Shown: piece by piece, positions 25,771 through 28,238 of the stretch
Numbering within the stretch: the first letter of the stretch is position 1
Layout of the letters: each line of letters starts with the position of its first letter
Virus record (IMG/VR): IMGVR_UViG_3300020045_005270
Location: 1-28,238 of that record
Direction: 5' to 3' (one strand)
Source of the DNA: a virus
Taxonomy: Duplodnaviria > Caudoviricetes
DNA: 28,238 nt
Made by a program: the position numbers and the translations under genes
The notes under the pieces: model-generated
Databases searched by the model: none
What the model was told of the DNA's origin: nothing
What the model saw: only the letters and a program-made list of their open reading frames with translations

Positions 25771-27227
25771 TGGAATTCAAAGCGCACGATTACCAGCAAT
25801 ATGCCATAGACAAAGTCAAAGAGAATAAGATCGCCGGCTTGCTGCTGGAAATGGGACTTGGTAAGATGGTCTCGACACTCTCAGCGCTTAATGACTTGAT
25901 GTATGATCATTTTACTATAGCACGCGTCCTGGTGATCGCACCTCTAAGAGTGGCCCAGGATACATGGCCGGAGGAGATCCGAAAATGGGATCACTTGAAA
26001 GGCCTCACGGTCTCGCTGATCCTGGGAGAAGCCAAAGAGCGAAAACGGGCCCTGGAGACAGAGGCCGACATATACGTGATCAACCGCGAAAACGTCATAT
26101 GGCTGATCGAAGAATTCGGCCACTATGTCAACAAGAAGAAACAGACCGGCTTTGTATTCGATCGGCCGTGGAAGTTTGACACCGTCGTGCTGGACGAGCT
26201 ATCCAATTATAAGGATCAGAGCACTAAGCGCTTTAAGCTGCTGAAAAAAGCACGGCCATATATGGATCGCGTTATTGGACTAACCGGAACGCCAAGCCCT
26301 AACAGCTTGATCGACCTATGGGCGCAAATGTATTTGCTGGACATGGGCGAGAGACTAGGCAAAACGATCACAGGGTACCGCGAGAGGTACTTCGCACCAA
26401 GCAGCTACACGAAGAACAGCGCGGGCCGACTGATCGCGACAGGTTACGAGCTACGGCCAGGATCCGAGGAGGCCATATACAAGGCGATAGGTGATATCTG
26501 CGTCAGTATGAAGTCGATCGACCACCTGCAGCTGCCGCCAGTATTTAGCAAGATCGTGCCGATCAGAATGCCGAAGGCTGCAAAGGCTTTATACGACGAG
26601 CTAGAAAAAGAGAGTATCATCGAGCTGCAGGACGGGAAGATCATCGACGCAGAGTCTGCAGCGTCAGTCTCCAGTAAGCTGCACCAGCTGGCACAAGGGG
26701 CCATATATCTGAGCCCAGTCGACGATCTAACCGGAGAGGTCAAAGGACCAGGGCCAAAAGAGTGGCGGCTGATCCATGACGAAAAGCTGAACGCACTTGA
26801 GGAGCTGATCGACGAAGCTGCAGGCAATCCGGTGCTAGTTTTTTACTGGTTTAAGCATGACCTCGAAAGACTGCAGGCAAGATTTAAGCAGGTCAAGAAG
26901 CTGGACGGCCCGAAAGAGATCCAGGACTGGAACGCCGGCAAGATCCCGATCCTATTTGCGCACCCTATGAGCGCCGGCCATGGCCTTAACCTTCAAACTG
27001 GTGGCCATATCATTGCATGGTATTCATTAACCTGGAGCCTGGAGCTTTATCAGCAAGCAAATGCGCGCCTCAATCGACAGGGTCAGACAAAGCCCGTCAC
27101 GATCAATCACCTGGTCGTCAAGGATACAATCGACGAGCGGATCCTCGAAGTCTTAGAGGGGAAGGCCACAAGGCAAGACGCCTTGATGGAAGCTGTCAAA
27201 GCCGTGCTGACAAAACACGTCAAATGA
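25770..27227 (+). CDS. SNF2-family (SF2) phage helicase
   Basis: HDYQ, EMGLGK, VIAP.RVA..TW, DELS, LTGTP, GHGLNLQ, QANARL.RQGQ. Confidence 0.93.
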   Translation: MEFKAHDYQQYAIDKVKENKIAGLLLEMGLGKMVSTLSALNDLMYDHFTIARVLVIAPLRVAQDTWPEEIRKWDHLKGLTVSLILGEAKERKRALETEADIYVINRENVIWLIEEFGHYVNKKKQTGFVFDRPWKFDTVVLDELSNYKDQSTKRFKLLKKARPYMDRVIGLTGTPSPNSLIDLWAQMYLLDMGERLGKTITGYRERYFAPSSYTKNSAGRLIATGYELRPGSEEAIYKAIGDICVSMKSIDHLQLPPVFSKIVPIRMPKAAKALYDELEKESIIELQDGKIIDAESAASVSSKLHQLAQGAIYLSPVDDLTGEVKGPGPKEWRLIHDEKLNALEELIDEAAGNPVLVFYWFKHDLERLQARFKQVKKLDGPKEIQDWNAGKIPILFAHPMSAGHGLNLQTGGHIIAWYSLTWSLELYQQANARLNRQGQTKPVTINHLVVKDTIDERILEVLEGKATRQDALMEAVKAVLTKHVK

Positions 27228-27235
27228 TGTATAAT
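27207..27235 (+). promoter_or_regulatory. candidate late/packaging operon promoter
   Basis: CTGACA, 17-bp spacer, TATAAT, upstream of the 27261 ORF. Confidence 0.6.
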
Positions 27236-27260
27236 TAGGTCAAAAGGACGGTGAGAAAGC

Positions 27261-27713
27261 ATGGCGGTAGACAAGTACCCGGAATACGTCAAGTCCCGAT
27301 TTGATGAAATCGAGATATGGCTAAAAAAAGGATTAAGCGAAAAACAGATATATACTAACCTAAGCGTCGGCAAGACAGCCTGGGAAAGATACAAGAAAGT
27401 ACATGAGGAGTTAAGGGACCTATTAAAAAGTGGGCGGATAACCCAGGTCCAAGAGGTCGAGAATGCACTCTATAAAAATGCAACCGGCTTTTATTACTAC
27501 GTCGACGATATGATGAAAGTCAAAGACAAGGACGGCAGCGAGAAAGTCCAGGTCGTAAGGCTTCAAAAGTTTAAGCCTCCGGAGACGGGGGCTATAGCCT
27601 TTTTTCTTAAGAACAAGGCGAGCGATCGCTACATGGACAACCCGAACATGGTCGACCTCAAGAGAGAGGAGCTGGAGATCCGTCGAAAAGAGTCGGACTT
27701 TAAGAGCTTTTAA
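27261..27713 (+). CDS. HTH protein, terminase small subunit-like
   Basis: 'W...GLSEKQI...L.V...W..YK...EL...LK.G....VENALYK.ATG...PP...AI.FFLKN' pattern, located at the start of the packaging region. Confidence 0.65.
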   Translation: MAVDKYPEYVKSRFDEIEIWLKKGLSEKQIYTNLSVGKTAWERYKKVHEELRDLLKSGRITQVQEVENALYKNATGFYYYVDDMMKVKDKDGSEKVQVVRLQKFKPPETGAIAFFLKNKASDRYMDNPNMVDLKREELEIRRKESDFKSF

Positions 27714-27727
27714 GGGGGTGCAAGCGA

Positions 27728-28238
27728 GTGGCAAAGTATGTCATATTAGATCTATTCTATAAGACCAAAGAGTGGCTGGACTTTCGAGCCGCTTATATCA
27801 TAGGCAGGATCAAGCAAGACGGCGGATCCAGGTGCGACTATTGCGGTGAATGGATAGACAACCCGGAGGAGATCACCCTGCACCATATAGAGGAGCTCAC
27901 GCCTACCAATGCAGGAGACGCGACAGTGGCACTCAATCCGACAAACATCAAGCAGGTGCACAAGGGCTGCCACAATACGATACACAAGCACGCAGGCAAT
28001 ACAGGCAAGAGAGTGTTCATCGTATACGGTCCACCGCTTGCAGGCAAGCAGACCTATGTCAAGCAGCGCGCATGGCCAGGAGATCTGATCGTGGATATAG
28101 ACAACCTATACCAAGCGATCAGTGGGCTGCCTAAGTATGAGAAGCCTAACACCTTATACCTCAACGCGGTGGCAGTACAGGATCTGCTGCTGGATCATAT
28201 CAAGACAAGGTTTGGCCGATGGGATAATGCCTGGATCC
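27728..28238 (+). CDS. HNH endonuclease fused to P-loop domain, partial (runs off window, not in ORF track)
   Basis: GTG 27728 after AAGGGGGTG. FYKTKEW..FR, CDYCG, HHIEEL, N..N, HKGCHN..H, then VFIVYGPPLAGKQTYV...DLIVDID. Confidence 0.88.
   Translation, partial: MAKYVILDLFYKTKEWLDFRAAYIIGRIKQDGGSRCDYCGEWIDNPEEITLHHIEELTPTNAGDATVALNPTNIKQVHKGCHNTIHKHAGNTGKRVFIVYGPPLAGKQTYVKQRAWPGDLIVDIDNLYQAISGLPKYEKPNTLYLNAVAVQDLLLDHIKTRFGRWDNAWI

Noticed and set aside
25598-25828. 76-aa ORF from the track
   Set aside because: Wrong frame. The 25594..25770 frame has the better-placed ATG and couples exactly to SNF2, while this ORF overlaps SNF2.
27850-28134. 94-aa plus-strand ORF and nearby minus-strand ORFs
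   Set aside because: Alternative frames of the HNH/P-loop gene that starts at 27728 and runs off the window.
1-28238. Stop-codon recoding, introns/inteins, tRNA genes
   Set aside because: Genes tile densely under the standard code with all three stop codons used. PolA, primase and helicase are uninterrupted, and no cloverleaf is seen in the short intergenic gaps.

Overview
This window is a contiguous, all plus-strand segment of a tailed (siphovirus-like) phage or prophage. The host is probably a Bacillota (Clostridia-like) organism, judged from strong GGAGG RBSs, sigma-A promoters and an amidase endolysin with an SLH-like tail. Gene order: tail module (major tail protein, G/GT chaperones with a -1 frameshift, tape measure, Dit, low-GC SGNH fibre, Tal); lysis (XhlA-like protein, holin, amidase); a terminator/promoter junction with no integrase or divergent repressor; replication (DUF2800 Cas4-like nuclease, DUF2815 SSB, PolA); an accessory operon (C5 methyltransferase, MazG-like, Lar-like, DUF1351); VirE primase-helicase, an iteron-containing putative origin, VRR-NUC and SNF2 helicase; then the start of packaging (terminase small subunit-like, HNH/P-loop fusion). 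The most notable observations are (1) a 68-aa stand-alone protein between SSB and PolA ending in DCVGGVCPIK, nearly identical to the redox tail of class II ribonucleotide reductase, (2) strong over-representation of GGATCC and CTGCAG palindromes, (3) a 25-bp exact repeat shared by two unrelated genes, and (4) several real small ORFs missed by the ORF track. Family names come from manual motif recognition, not database searches.
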